Under the pieces are notes generated by a model. The model made no database searches. It saw only the letters and a list, made by a program, of their open reading frames with translations, and was not told the DNA's origin. This document shows positions 1 to 10,731 of a DNA stretch of 64,000 nt, piece after piece (position 1 is the first letter of the stretch; each line of letters starts with the position of its first letter). Both the position numbers and the translations under genes were made by a program. Origin of the DNA: a virus; IMG/VR virus record IMGVR_UViG_3300017991_000090, positions 1 through 64,000 of that record, one strand, 5' to 3'.

Positions 1-2064
1 ATTAACAAAGTATCAGCCCCTGAACTTCGTGATTATCACCTCAATATTACTGACGGACAAGCTATATGGACTGGTGCGCGGCTGGACTGGAATATTGATT
101 ATCCATTCGATTTTGACGGCGGCCGGACAAAAAGAATGCGCAAATGGGACAGGGGAGCTCTTGAGTACCAGTCGAATAAAATAGTCTATTCGGTTGGTTA
201 TGGGGTAGATGATTATAAAACGCAACCACTGGTTGGTGCGTTGGATTATACAATTGAAGATGTTAATGGTCGCAACGTGCTGACATTCTCAATACCACAG
301 ACCCATCCCGGCCTTGGTGTAGGATGTGAGATTATCGACACTTCACAGCCATTCCCTAACGGATGTGTGCTGGTAGAAAAAATCAACACTTCAAAATGGA
401 TTGTAACTGACTTCCAAGGAAACAGTATTGGGACGAAAGAGTCTGAGGTGAATGTGATCAGGCGAGTATTTTCAAACCTGACTGATGCCCTCACTCTTTT
501 TAAGAGCAGCCCATATGTCGGCGCTGATTTGGAAACTGCTGGCGCATTTGTAATATTCGCCTGCTATGATGACTCTTTAGTCGGCCCTCCTTTTGTACAA
601 ACTGCAAAGCTTGATGGTTGCGGTGGAGGCAAGCATCATAATATCAAGATAATGACACCGTACAACCTTGAAACTGAATGCAATGAGAGCCAGAGACATG
701 AGGGTGTTTATGGTGATGGGTATTCGTTTGATCCATTTATATTGAGTGCAGAAGAAAATGCTGCGATATTTATTAATCAGCATAGCTATTTTGAGATTGA
801 GGGCCTACAAATAAGCTCTACCCTGAATGATGCCAGTGGGATACATCTGTATGATTGCCAGAATTCGTATATCGGTTATAATATAATTCATGATTTGGAC
901 GGCCACGGGATATTGCATGAGCCGATAACTAACCCGACAGACGAGATAATAAACAATTCGATATATGATTGTAAATTCGATGGAATCATGGTCAAGGTTC
1001 AACAGTGGGAATTCTTCTCAGTCGCTGTGTATATAAATAACAATACAATATTCAGGTGCAGGCGCGGCGTGCATGTTGATAAGCCTGATTATCATTTTCC
1101 GGCCGGGCTGATTGTTGAAGTGAATAATACCATTGCTACCGATTCCAGGTATCAAGATTTCGTATCTCAATATGAGAACAATTTCGGTCGAGTTGTATTG
1201 AATAGCTGTATCAGCGGGGACCCGTCTGCGTTTCTGTTCCCAGGTTTGAATAATATGCGGAGTGTATATGTCTCATTTATCAGCAGGGAGAATAAGAACT
1301 TTAATCTCAGCAAGCTCAAAGACGGGTTTGCAGTAGACAGTGCTATTGACTTCAGTACAGATTATCTACATCCATTTATTGATGATATACACAATGAAAT
1401 GAGAGACCCTGGAGAATTTGACCGGGGTGCTTTTGAAGTAATTGAGCTGCTTGGTACCGGTGAAATGGCGATAGGGCCGATTGTCACAAATTCTCAAATT
1501 GGAATTGAGAGCCTTATATTTCCGACAACTATTCTTTATTTAAGAGAGCCCGGGCCAGGCGGAGAAACTGATAATGCAAACTTCCTTTCACATATCGACC
1601 CGTTCTATCAATTTACAACGATTGAAGGTGCTGACCCTGATTGGAACATTAATGCTTTTTTAGCTATCTATGCAAAGACAGATAATATTATTATTTATGT
1701 CCATGGCGGGAAAACCTTCGGAGGAATGTTCGAGCTGCAGGACAGAAATCCAAGAACTGTGAGGATAGAAACTTATCCTCCGGAAACTTATCTTGGCCCG
1801 GCCGCGCATGCTTACAATGGGTATATTGTAGATACTGTAAGTAAGCAGGGCATACTGTTGTATCGCAATATGAAAGTGCACGAAAAACCTGAAGAAGGTT
1901 ACGGTTATATAATTAGCAACAGCGCCGATACTGCCTTGCTTAGATTTGAAAATTGCATTGTTCAAGTTAATTTGGACACAATTGTTAATAATGCTGATTG
2001 TCTTGTGCAGACTATACATACTATAGTTGTATATCGTTATGGGGCTGGTGGAGCAGTTCGATAA
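1..2064 (+). CDS. Right-handed parallel beta-helix virion/tail-associated protein (5' truncated)
   Basis: Frame is open from base 1. Repeated N-N-x-I/GI beta-helix turns (YNIIHDLDGHGI, NNSIYDCKFDGI, NNTIFRCRRGV) and D-R-G-A-[FL]-E motifs. Lies in the structural block. Confidence 0.6.
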   Translation: MNKVSAPELRDYHLNITDGQAIWTGARLDWNIDYPFDFDGGRTKRMRKWDRGALEYQSNKIVYSVGYGVDDYKTQPLVGALDYTIEDVNGRNVLTFSIPQTHPGLGVGCEIIDTSQPFPNGCVLVEKINTSKWIVTDFQGNSIGTKESEVNVIRRVFSNLTDALTLFKSSPYVGADLETAGAFVIFACYDDSLVGPPFVQTAKLDGCGGGKHHNIKIMTPYNLETECNESQRHEGVYGDGYSFDPFILSAEENAAIFINQHSYFEIEGLQISSTLNDASGIHLYDCQNSYIGYNIIHDLDGHGILHEPITNPTDEIINNSIYDCKFDGIMVKVQQWEFFSVAVYINNNTIFRCRRGVHVDKPDYHFPAGLIVEVNNTIATDSRYQDFVSQYENNFGRVVLNSCISGDPSAFLFPGLNNMRSVYVSFISRENKNFNLSKLKDGFAVDSAIDFSTDYLHPFIDDIHNEMRDPGEFDRGAFEVIELLGTGEMAIGPIVTNSQIGIESLIFPTTILYLREPGPGGETDNANFLSHIDPFYQFTTIEGADPDWNINAFLAIYAKTDNIIIYVHGGKTFGGMFELQDRNPRTVRIETYPPETYLGPAAHAYNGYIVDTVSKQGILLYRNMKVHEKPEEGYGYIISNSADTALLRFENCIVQVNLDTIVNNADCLVQTIHTIVVYRYGAGGAVR

Positions 2065-2075
2065 AAAGGATTATT

Positions 2076-3101
2076 ATGGAAATAATTCGTATAACACACC
2101 GAAACGATCTTTGTTATGTTGCTACTGAAAAGGGAATTTTCCTTTGCAGAACCAGTAATGATGAGATTGTGTCTGGTATTGTACTGGACCCAGTATTGTA
2201 TTTGGTAAGAAATGATTTGCAAGGCAGTTTAGCCGCCAATTCTATATTCTTAGCATACATACCTTGGGACGGTGAGTTTAAAACAACAACATTGGCAGAC
2301 CCAAGTGATATTGTCAGTAATTGTATGACATTTGACCCAGTTGGCGGTGCTGATATTGATTTTGCCAACCCGTCTGCAAAAGTTATTAACTGCTTGCCCA
2401 ACACAGACCCTGAGTTTGCCGACCCATTTGTTCCACCTAATTGGTTTTTATATGACACATTAACAATCATGTCAAACTCATTTATTCCAAAGATTTCTTC
2501 TCCGGTTCTTAATGCTGGAGAAAATTCGTATGTTGCAGATATTGAAACTGATATTATTGGGAACCCAAGAAGATATCTGTTCAGCGATGTTGATATTGGG
2601 CCATATGAATTACAGGTTCATCAGTTATTATTTACTGCTGAACAGATCCAGTCTATTTTTCAGGACAAACTCCATGTTGATACATCAAATAGCAGATTTG
2701 TCCCGGTAACCGGAGATGACATATACACTGATTTGTGGACGCAATTCGATGACAACCCCAACTACCGTGAGGAGTTTGTCCGCGAGTCGAAAGTTATTAT
2801 AAAACTCAAAACCCTGGCCACTGATATTAAATCATCAACTGATAAGAAAAACATTGAGCTTGCGCGGTTTGAAGCTTATTTTGATTTAAAGACCAGGTCG
2901 ATTGTTCTGTCAAAAACAGATGAGAATCTTGGAGCAATGCTGAGTACCATTTTTGACGATGGTAGATATAAATTTTACTTTGATGAAGTCGAGCATATAC
3001 TAATCGTATACATTAACCCGACCTACAATATGGGCAAGTCCGGAAAAGGGAATATTGTAAATGAGGTAAGAGCCGGTGGGTCTGCAATTATAAACAGGTA
3101 A
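2076..3101 (+). CDS. Structural protein with beta-helix-type C-cap motif (SPVLNAG...DIIGNPR...DIGPYE)
   Basis: AAGGA RBS before ATG 2076; motif typical of the ends of beta-helix proteins. Confidence 0.5.
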   Translation: MEIIRITHRNDLCYVATEKGIFLCRTSNDEIVSGIVLDPVLYLVRNDLQGSLAANSIFLAYIPWDGEFKTTTLADPSDIVSNCMTFDPVGGADIDFANPSAKVINCLPNTDPEFADPFVPPNWFLYDTLTIMSNSFIPKISSPVLNAGENSYVADIETDIIGNPRRYLFSDVDIGPYELQVHQLLFTAEQIQSIFQDKLHVDTSNSRFVPVTGDDIYTDLWTQFDDNPNYREEFVRESKVIIKLKTLATDIKSSTDKKNIELARFEAYFDLKTRSIVLSKTDENLGAMLSTIFDDGRYKFYFDEVEHILIVYINPTYNMGKSGKGNIVNEVRAGGSAIINR

Positions 3102-3103
3102 TT

Positions 3104-6100
3104 ATGAAACGATTTACGAACGCAAGTCGGGCAACATATCACCATAGAACTATAACTGATTTTTCAGATATGAACCACCTTATTGCGACTGGTGTTGCAA
3201 AGGGGTATTCATCAAATAAGTACTCATGGGTTGCAGACCTGTTATTTAAACATGCGACAAACCTGTCTATTAATCCTCATACAGGATACATTGGGTTCAT
3301 AAGCGACCGAAACATTATGGAGCAGGAATACGGTAACGTGGTTAAGCTCCATGAGCAATATCCGTTTCTCAGCACATATCCAAAGGATATTTTACCAAAA
3401 CATTATTATGAGCTTGCAACAAAACAGTACTTTAAAATCGGCCAAAAACTTTCTGAATATGACACTATAGAATATGTGAATGTATCAAAATTATATACCC
3501 CGGATGATTTTAATTTCTCACAACCGTACAGAATAGGTTTAAGATATGATATAAATCATAATTATTATCGTTCGCCTGTTTTTTACGCCCAGGGTTATAA
3601 GGTTGATATAACCATGATAGGCGAAGAGCAGCAGTATTATGATAGGTATTTTTGGGCCCATGAAAGGCAGATACAGAATGCTGCTGAATTATACAGCCTT
3701 GAATATAAAGTTGATGAGCGAAACTTCGAACTTGGCCTTTTAGAGCACCTTGCAGACCTGGAAGATAATGATGCGTATGGTATTATAACCAGCTATCCAG
3801 ATGATAATATTGAAAGGCTGCTCGACTATAAAGTTCATATTGACAATCCAGAGTTTCATCATTTTCATGTTGATTCGGGTGAATGGGTTTTAAATCATAA
3901 AAATATTAATGCTGGCTCCAATAGTTATTATCCGTACATAGGCTTTGTTCAGGGCTTTGATGAAGACTGGCAGTTCAATTCGCCGTATGATGTGAGGGAT
4001 GTTTTTTATGCTGGGAACATTAAATTCTACCCTGAAATCACACAGAATGGTGTGTTGGAACAGGCTAAGACCATTATTAATTGGGGTCGACCAAAGATCG
4101 TCTCTGCTACCGGGCCACAGACAAGGCAATTAAGAGGGACTGCTGTTTATAATCCAGGCACCCATCTCGGCCAGGCTGATGACCAATCCAGAATTGTTTA
4201 TAACATCTGTAAGCACATGACTGAGTGGGACGGTGAAGCTGAGCGGTTTGTTGTTCAGAAAAGAGATATCGATTCTAACCTTGTCTTATATGGAGTCGAT
4301 GTTGACACTGAGCGAAATAGGCGCCACTCTGCTGTAGTGATGACAGAGCCGTATTTTACAACTAAGCCGATAGCAAATGGTCAAATTGTTAATATATCTT
4401 TTGTGAATTATAAAAACGTTCCAATACAGTTCACCAGCGACTCTGACTTTCTTGACAACCCAGCAATGTATCTAAAAATAAAAGCTCCACAATCAGTTAT
4501 CAGCGAACTTGATAGGTATTTAAGCCTCAATGAAAAGAACACTGACATAATACACACACTCGTTATTAAAAACCCAAGGGCATCTGGTGTCAATGACAAG
4601 TTTAATGATGAGGCTGAGTATTATAATACATTTGGTGGTAGCATGCTGGCCCTACTACTTCGTCAGGAGTTCTGCCTTGATGATTTGATTGGTATTATTG
4701 GCGGGATTGGTAGTACCGACGGTCATCATAAAGAGTTTTATATGCTGGCCCCTGGCGAATATTTCGAGCAGTATACCAATGACAGAATGAAAATTTGCGG
4801 CATGGGATTTGTGTGTCGAACTACCATTGATGATTCAGGGAACATATTACCTACAACGAACAATTCTGGAAGTGAATTCTTACATGTCTATTGTACAAAC
4901 TACACCCCAATCAGCGCTCCGCCTCCTGGCGGCGGTGCTTTTGCTTCAATTGATAATGAGATTAAAGAGATTATTACGGACAGCGGTATCGTAGCAGAGT
5001 ATCGTGACAATGAAGACTTCAAACCTATGATTAAACTGCCTGGCATCAATGGTTATATAAAAATTCTTGAGCGCAATCCACATTTTAAGGTGACTCGGGC
5101 TAAAGACGGAGACCATGAGATTGTTTATAATGTCGAGTTCCCATTCTGTCCCGGTTCATTCGTTGAACGCCAGACGATGAGTTTCAGCAGCGACCACCCG
5201 ACAAGGCCGGTGCAGATATTATATAAAGCCGACTATATTAATGCCGGCTCATGGGCCCCAAGTGTCGTTGGTGAATATAAAAGGTATGATGACACGAACG
5301 ACCGGTATGCGCCGTATGGAGATGACTCGTTTAACCCTCACCAGGTTCTTCGTCAGACGTCTGTGGATAATGATGTTACAATAATCGGTGAAGGATATTT
5401 TACTGATTATTTATTTGCACAATATGTAGACACGACATCCAATCTCGGCAAAGCTGATTTCCATAATGAGATAATACAATATCCGGACCACCTTATATGG
5501 GAAAAGTTTGACTACCATCTGTTGAGTCTTTTAAAACCTCGTGGATCCAGCGTGGAAACTGGATTTGATTTTAGAAGGCATGGTTTGTATAACCTGTCTG
5601 TTGTTGAGCCAAGGGTTACGGTTGGAGAGTTTTATCTGCCGTATTTTTCGAGTGATTTAAAAATAATGTCACTTGCTGATAATCGGCAGTGGAATTTTGA
5701 TAAGAATAAATACATTTCATTTATTAACAGAGAGAATCCTGCATACATTTTTGAAATGAATGTTTCAGTATTGTTTGAAGACTTTAAAAAATATCAGGCG
5801 CAGTATGGAGCAATACCAGATGTAAAACGATGGCTTTATGGCTACTTTTCAGGATTTGCCCATATGGTTGCTACAAATCAAGATGATGAGCCGACAAGGA
5901 GCGAGACAACCGTTGAAGACGAGGTGGCGCAACTTACAACACAAGACGCCCAATCAAATATTGCTATTGAAATATTTGACCACGAATCTGATGTTGGAAA
6001 TGGTTATGGTGGCAATTGGCGGCCGCTTTCAGTCATATCGTCTGATAGTAATAAGGTTTCTGGCGATCTTATTGTTGACAACCTGTTTGTTTGGAATAAT

Positions 6101-6802
6101 GGTGGAGATGTAGTTAATGAGTTCGATGATATATACCGGTTTTTTATTACACGCGCCGGTATTGAACAGCCAGGGTTTCCACCAGATTTTGATATTAACA
6201 TTCTGGACGATAAGTCTAATCTTGTTCTGGCTGACACATATCATAATAAAAATTATCATATAGTGCATATTGTTCACTGGGTAGAAATAGAAGGTATTGA
6301 CTTTTTTAGAGTATGGGCAAGGCCATTAGCTTCTGATGACACATTGTTTACTGATGGGGTGACAATGTTCGACCCTGCAGAGTGGCCTGACACATCGCCG
6401 TTAGCAATATACAAACCTAAAAAGCAATTGAGCAAAAGTCCGAATTTCAATATGTCTACCAGCACGCCATCGTCTGAAGATGTGCAGGAATTCTCAACAC
6501 GGTACATTGATATCAGATCAGAAGAAGGAACTGGTGGAATCCCAGACCTTCAACGCTACATCAGTGAAGAAAAGATATTTTTCAGAGTTCGAGTGTATAA
6601 GTACAGTGATTATCCAGTTAATTACATAGATGAAGATGAAAGTGACATTCAATATATTGGTGATGTTAGTGGTGGTGAATCGGTAAATTTCCCATGGCAG
6701 GATGTTGCTGAATTCGATACTGCGTTCAATTGGGGTAAGATAAATATTTACGAACGGATAAAAAAGTTTGGAGCCACTTATTTCAAATGCGCTTCTAAGT
6801 GA
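3104..6802 (+). CDS. Large (1232 aa) putative virion structural protein
   Basis: Long ORF, acidic/aromatic composition, coupled to neighbours; no recognisable catalytic motif. Confidence 0.45.
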   Translation: MKRFTNASRATYHHRTITDFSDMNHLIATGVAKGYSSNKYSWVADLLFKHATNLSINPHTGYIGFISDRNIMEQEYGNVVKLHEQYPFLSTYPKDILPKHYYELATKQYFKIGQKLSEYDTIEYVNVSKLYTPDDFNFSQPYRIGLRYDINHNYYRSPVFYAQGYKVDITMIGEEQQYYDRYFWAHERQIQNAAELYSLEYKVDERNFELGLLEHLADLEDNDAYGIITSYPDDNIERLLDYKVHIDNPEFHHFHVDSGEWVLNHKNINAGSNSYYPYIGFVQGFDEDWQFNSPYDVRDVFYAGNIKFYPEITQNGVLEQAKTIINWGRPKIVSATGPQTRQLRGTAVYNPGTHLGQADDQSRIVYNICKHMTEWDGEAERFVVQKRDIDSNLVLYGVDVDTERNRRHSAVVMTEPYFTTKPIANGQIVNISFVNYKNVPIQFTSDSDFLDNPAMYLKIKAPQSVISELDRYLSLNEKNTDIIHTLVIKNPRASGVNDKFNDEAEYYNTFGGSMLALLLRQEFCLDDLIGIIGGIGSTDGHHKEFYMLAPGEYFEQYTNDRMKICGMGFVCRTTIDDSGNILPTTNNSGSEFLHVYCTNYTPISAPPPGGGAFASIDNEIKEIITDSGIVAEYRDNEDFKPMIKLPGINGYIKILERNPHFKVTRAKDGDHEIVYNVEFPFCPGSFVERQTMSFSSDHPTRPVQILYKADYINAGSWAPSVVGEYKRYDDTNDRYAPYGDDSFNPHQVLRQTSVDNDVTIIGEGYFTDYLFAQYVDTTSNLGKADFHNEIIQYPDHLIWEKFDYHLLSLLKPRGSSVETGFDFRRHGLYNLSVVEPRVTVGEFYLPYFSSDLKIMSLADNRQWNFDKNKYISFINRENPAYIFEMNVSVLFEDFKKYQAQYGAIPDVKRWLYGYFSGFAHMVATNQDDEPTRSETTVEDEVAQLTTQDAQSNIAIEIFDHESDVGNGYGGNWRPLSVISSDSNKVSGDLIVDNLFVWNNGGDVVNEFDDIYRFFITRAGIEQPGFPPDFDINILDDKSNLVLADTYHNKNYHIVHIVHWVEIEGIDFFRVWARPLASDDTLFTDGVTMFDPAEWPDTSPLAIYKPKKQLSKSPNFNMSTSTPSSEDVQEFSTRYIDIRSEEGTGGIPDLQRYISEEKIFFRVRVYKYSDYPVNYIDEDESDIQYIGDVSGGESVNFPWQDVAEFDTAFNWGKINIYERIKKFGATYFKCASK

Positions 6803-6831
6803 TTGATTGATTAAACCCAATATTGTATATT
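6803..6831 (+). promoter_or_regulatory. sigma70-like promoter TTGATT-N17-TATATT
   Basis: Same layout as at 39167, 58912 and 63804; GGAGG RBS downstream. Confidence 0.5.
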
Positions 6832-6855
6832 GAATATATACATGGAGGATAATTA

Positions 6856-8010
6856 ATGTCTTCAAATTTAAGAGCAAAACCGGTTGAGGGACATGTTACA
6901 GACAGCGCCGGAAACGTTTTGCGCAATTCTCAGATCATTGTAAAATTGGCAACTCCTCATGGTAGTATTGCGGTTGCTTCAGTCACATCGGATGATGATG
7001 GTTATTTTCAGACCAAACCTCTTCCAAATGGCGTGTATGATATTTATGAAAATGGTATTAATATAGCTCGTACCATACATTCTCCTGACAGGAGTGCTAT
7101 ACCATGCTTTAGGCCGGGCCGTGACAACTACGACACTTCATTATTGCTAAACTTTACTACCTTAACAGAAACAAGCTGGCCATGGCTGAATGCGTATAAA
7201 TATTTCCTTCAGATTGAGCCTGAAGAGCTGGATATATCAGTATACGGTAGCTCGTATCCTATTTATCAGGAGTACAGCAACGACCCGAATGATAATGATT
7301 TATCCACCAATGCAGATCCGACAAATGAAATTTATAATATTGCCAGATTTTTTAATTTCACACCAGAATCACGGATAACAACAACGCGATTTGATATTGA
7401 ATATTTTGCTCCACTCACTGCTTTGTCAAGTTATTATAAACGTATACGATGGGCTGGTGTTCCGGCTATACGCTTTTCAGCAGATTCAAAGCTTGTAGTT
7501 CCTCTTGATTACTTTTCTATCGTGGCAAGTCTGCCAAAAAGGACTTCAAATTATGAAGAAGAGGACGGTATAGCAATTGAAAACACTGGGATTTCCAAAG
7601 TTAAATTGCTGAAAGAGACATCAGAATTTGCTGATTTTGAAACTCATGTAACTAATACTTTGATTGGAGATATTGTCAAAGTTACTGTAATGGGGGCATC
7701 TGGAGAAGAGGGCCCTGAATATTTTTACGGAGTAGTTGTTGCTGTTGATAATATTACTGATGAGGGGTGGAACCTGACTTTAGAGAGATGGCTATCATCT
7801 CGGTTTATTAGCAATCTTGATCTTAGTGGATTGACCAATCCTTATGTGATAAGGGTTGAATCATTTGACGGCATGTTTCCTGGCATTGTTGATATCAATG
7901 ACGATGTTAATGAAAGATTTTCAGTTGTAGAAAATATCAATGCTCAGAATAATGTTCCTGAGTTATATAATTATAATAGTCAGGGAGAGTTAGTACCTCC
8001 CCCTGAATAA
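6856..8010 (+). CDS. Structural protein with N-terminal carboxypeptidase-regulatory/prealbumin-like domain
   Basis: VEGHVTDSAGNVL...TSDDDGYF...LPNGVYDI pattern. Confidence 0.5.
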   Translation: MSSNLRAKPVEGHVTDSAGNVLRNSQIIVKLATPHGSIAVASVTSDDDGYFQTKPLPNGVYDIYENGINIARTIHSPDRSAIPCFRPGRDNYDTSLLLNFTTLTETSWPWLNAYKYFLQIEPEELDISVYGSSYPIYQEYSNDPNDNDLSTNADPTNEIYNIARFFNFTPESRITTTRFDIEYFAPLTALSSYYKRIRWAGVPAIRFSADSKLVVPLDYFSIVASLPKRTSNYEEEDGIAIENTGISKVKLLKETSEFADFETHVTNTLIGDIVKVTVMGASGEEGPEYFYGVVVAVDNITDEGWNLTLERWLSSRFISNLDLSGLTNPYVIRVESFDGMFPGIVDINDDVNERFSVVENINAQNNVPELYNYNSQGELVPPPE

Positions 8011-8039
8011 CTGGGTGGCTCTAAATTAAGGAGGGTGTT

Positions 8040-8450
8040 ATGAACAAAGATGATTTTATGAAGCTTCCAATTGAGAAGCGGAGACTGATTGCCGTATCGC
8101 ATTTGGTACGGGAGAAGAGCGAACGTCCTGAAGATACAGCTAAACTGTTCCAGAAACTTGAAACCACAGAGAGGGCTGCAGCTCAAACAAATTCTGCCAT
8201 TCAACAGGCTGAGGCTTCGCTAAATGAACTAAGTAGCAATTTTATGAGGACTATTGGTTCTTTACAGACCATTACCGAATTAATTGCTGAAATGTTGCCT
8301 GAAGAAAAAATAGACGAGTGGTGTGCAAAGTATGTTCCGCCAAAAAATGTGCCGAATATGCCAACCATGCCATCGATGCCGGGCGGTGGAAAAATTATTC
8401 AGCCTGGGCCATCTGATATGGCTGGTATAACGTCTAAACAAAATCAATAG
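8040..8450 (+). CDS. Coiled-coil hypothetical protein
   Basis: AGGAGG RBS; helical heptad pattern; Pro/Met-rich tail. Confidence 0.6.
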   Translation: MNKDDFMKLPIEKRRLIAVSHLVREKSERPEDTAKLFQKLETTERAAAQTNSAIQQAEASLNELSSNFMRTIGSLQTITELIAEMLPEEKIDEWCAKYVPPKNVPNMPTMPSMPGGGKIIQPGPSDMAGITSKQNQ

Positions 8451-8458
8451 GACTTTAC

Positions 8459-9370
8459 ATGAAACGACTAAACGTCAGATATGCTTTAAAACAGAGGATG
8501 AACGAGCTGCTTGGCTCAGACACTGAAGCAGATGTTGATGGTATACCTGGGATAACCGCATGGTCTATTCAAGCTGCTATGCTGTCAAATTTACGAAGAA
8601 TTGTCAGCGCGTTAGCAAATGGTACTATTGGCAGGCCGATTAAAGGTTTGTGGATCACAGACGCTCCCGCTGCAGGGCTTGGGTATTCAATCGGTGATGG
8701 TTTCGGGTTCACGCCAAATGGTGATGTTATTGTCCTTGAAACAGCAATTTCTCATACTATATCTGAAGGTAGTGATGGTGATAAACACATCTACTTAAAG
8801 CATAAGATGGGCGTGGTTGATGGCGACCTGTATGATGATGGAAGGAAAACCGGTTTTATCGGCAAAGCTGGTCTTGAGGATATTGTGTATGATGATTTTG
8901 CAGCATCTAAAAAAGACACTGTATCTGCATTTGCTGGTGAAATTGTTGTCGAAGAGAGTGGTCCAATATCACATAATGATTATGTCTATCTTGGATATAT
9001 CACCGTCGAAAGCAATGAAATTACTTCAGTAACCAATAATCCTGCTCGCGGATTTGGTCCAAATGATGACTCTGGTAAATTTATGATGCCAGGCATTCGT
9101 GTTACCGGAGAATCGGTGTTTGAGGCCCCAGTTACTTTCAGCGAGCTTGTTTCGCTCAATATGGCATTGACGGATATCGAGAGCTCTGGAACAGCCACAT
9201 TGAATGATGTCATTGTTAATGGTGAGCTTGCGATTGGTGTTACTGGAAAAATAAGCGTAGATGGGTCTGATGGCATTGATGCAAATGTTCAGGTTAGAGA
9301 TGCTGCTGGAACAGGCACAATCACATTGCAATTCAAAGGTGGCATTCTGTACGGAACCACTGTACCATAA
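8459..9370 (+). CDS. Putative tail/fibre-associated structural protein
   Basis: Gly/Thr/Val-rich beta-strand C-terminus ending LQFKGGIL; structural context. Confidence 0.4.
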   Translation: MKRLNVRYALKQRMNELLGSDTEADVDGIPGITAWSIQAAMLSNLRRIVSALANGTIGRPIKGLWITDAPAAGLGYSIGDGFGFTPNGDVIVLETAISHTISEGSDGDKHIYLKHKMGVVDGDLYDDGRKTGFIGKAGLEDIVYDDFAASKKDTVSAFAGEIVVEESGPISHNDYVYLGYITVESNEITSVTNNPARGFGPNDDSGKFMMPGIRVTGESVFEAPVTFSELVSLNMALTDIESSGTATLNDVIVNGELAIGVTGKISVDGSDGIDANVQVRDAAGTGTITLQFKGGILYGTTVP

Positions 9371-9388
9371 TAGATAAAGGAGCGTATT

Positions 9389-10057
9389 ATGAAATATGCG
9401 TTGAGGAATGAATTTCCAATTGACAACCCAGGTCATATCAAAACAGCCATGGCCTACTTTGATAAATACCTGAAGAGGTTTAATCCAGTTGACCGCGCCG
9501 TTATTGCATCAAATATTGAGAAGCGGGCGCATGAGCTTGGTATTAATTTGGACAGCGACTGGGTGACCAATTATTCCAGAATGTTCAAAAAGGAAGCTGC
9601 TATATCTCCAGACTTTGAACGGAACATGGTGCTGAGAAAGGACGCATGCGTCAAAGGTGATTTGAAAATTAGTATCGATAACAAATCATATAGCGCCGCT
9701 GAAATGTTGGACAAGATTGCCGCCCTTAAGGAGAACACTCCTGGTAAGGCTATTGTCACTGCTCTTATGGAGTTTGATAAAAAGGCAAATCTTGAGCATC
9801 ATTATGATAATGATATTATCGACCCGGTGCTTACCGTGTATGGCTGTTTGCGCGATCCTGAGTTTGATGCTGTCAAGGTTGCGGCTGACATCACAAACTA
9901 TAAGGCTATTCAACTATCACGTAGTCAGGATGCAATAAATAAGATTGCCAAAAAATTCGGCGATGAGTTTGCACAGGAATTCAAGCAGAACCCGATTGAG
10001 AAGCTCGGTTCACTAAAAGACCCTGAGTTAAGCTTATTTACTGAAGCTGTACTATAA
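9389..10057 (+). CDS. Hypothetical head-region protein
   Basis: AAGGAG RBS; K-x-A motifs; operon with portal. Confidence 0.5.
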   Translation: MKYALRNEFPIDNPGHIKTAMAYFDKYLKRFNPVDRAVIASNIEKRAHELGINLDSDWVTNYSRMFKKEAAISPDFERNMVLRKDACVKGDLKISIDNKSYSAAEMLDKIAALKENTPGKAIVTALMEFDKKANLEHHYDNDIIDPVLTVYGCLRDPEFDAVKVAADITNYKAIQLSRSQDAINKIAKKFGDEFAQEFKQNPIEKLGSLKDPELSLFTEAVL

Positions 10058-10068
10058 CAGGACAGAGT

Positions 10069-10731
10069 ATGCAGAATGAAACTTACCAGACCGGTCTAAC
10101 TGTTGGGTTATCAAAGATAGCTCAACAGGCAGATCCGGTTAGTTTAAAACGCTCTTTCTTTGCTGGTTTTGACCCGACGGGAACAGCAACCTTTGACCTG
10201 TCTCAAAGAGCGAGGCGACATGGCGCCCATCTCGCATCTGGGTTTGCTGGCGGAATTGTTGGTGGCGCTACCATTCTACCTTCTGCTGTAACTGGCGCAA
10301 TGGGCGCTGTGAGCGGATTTTCAAAAATGAAAGGTGGAGTTGGGGCCAGGCTTCTTGGTGGATTGGCCGGTTTTGCCAGGGGTGCTGTTATGCCTTATAA
10401 GCAACTTTACCATGGCACCAAAGCGTTAAAGGTGTTAAAGGGTAAGGGGCCTATTACTGAGGCGGCTGCCAAATCGATACATAAAGCCCTTGGCCTTAAA
10501 GGCGGAGAAAAAGCAATTACGAGCGCACCGGTGCGTCAGTTAATTAGATTCGGCAGACACACCGTGCCAGGCAAAGGTGTAACCAGCCTACTTGCAAAAC
10601 AGACTGGTGGGGCATATGCTGGTATTGGGGCCGGCGCAGCATTAGGAGCTGGGTCGTCAGTACTGCAGTATATGCAAGGCAAGAAGATTGGCGACGAACG
10701 CCGACAGTACTGGAGTGATAGAAGGGCGTAA
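10069..10731 (+). CDS. Gly/Ala/Lys-rich putative internal virion protein (K-x-A leader)
   Basis: LSKIA leader followed by GxxxG-rich hydrophobic/basic segments. Confidence 0.45.
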   Translation: MQNETYQTGLTVGLSKIAQQADPVSLKRSFFAGFDPTGTATFDLSQRARRHGAHLASGFAGGIVGGATILPSAVTGAMGAVSGFSKMKGGVGARLLGGLAGFARGAVMPYKQLYHGTKALKVLKGKGPITEAAAKSIHKALGLKGGEKAITSAPVRQLIRFGRHTVPGKGVTSLLAKQTGGAYAGIGAGAALGAGSSVLQYMQGKKIGDERRQYWSDRRA

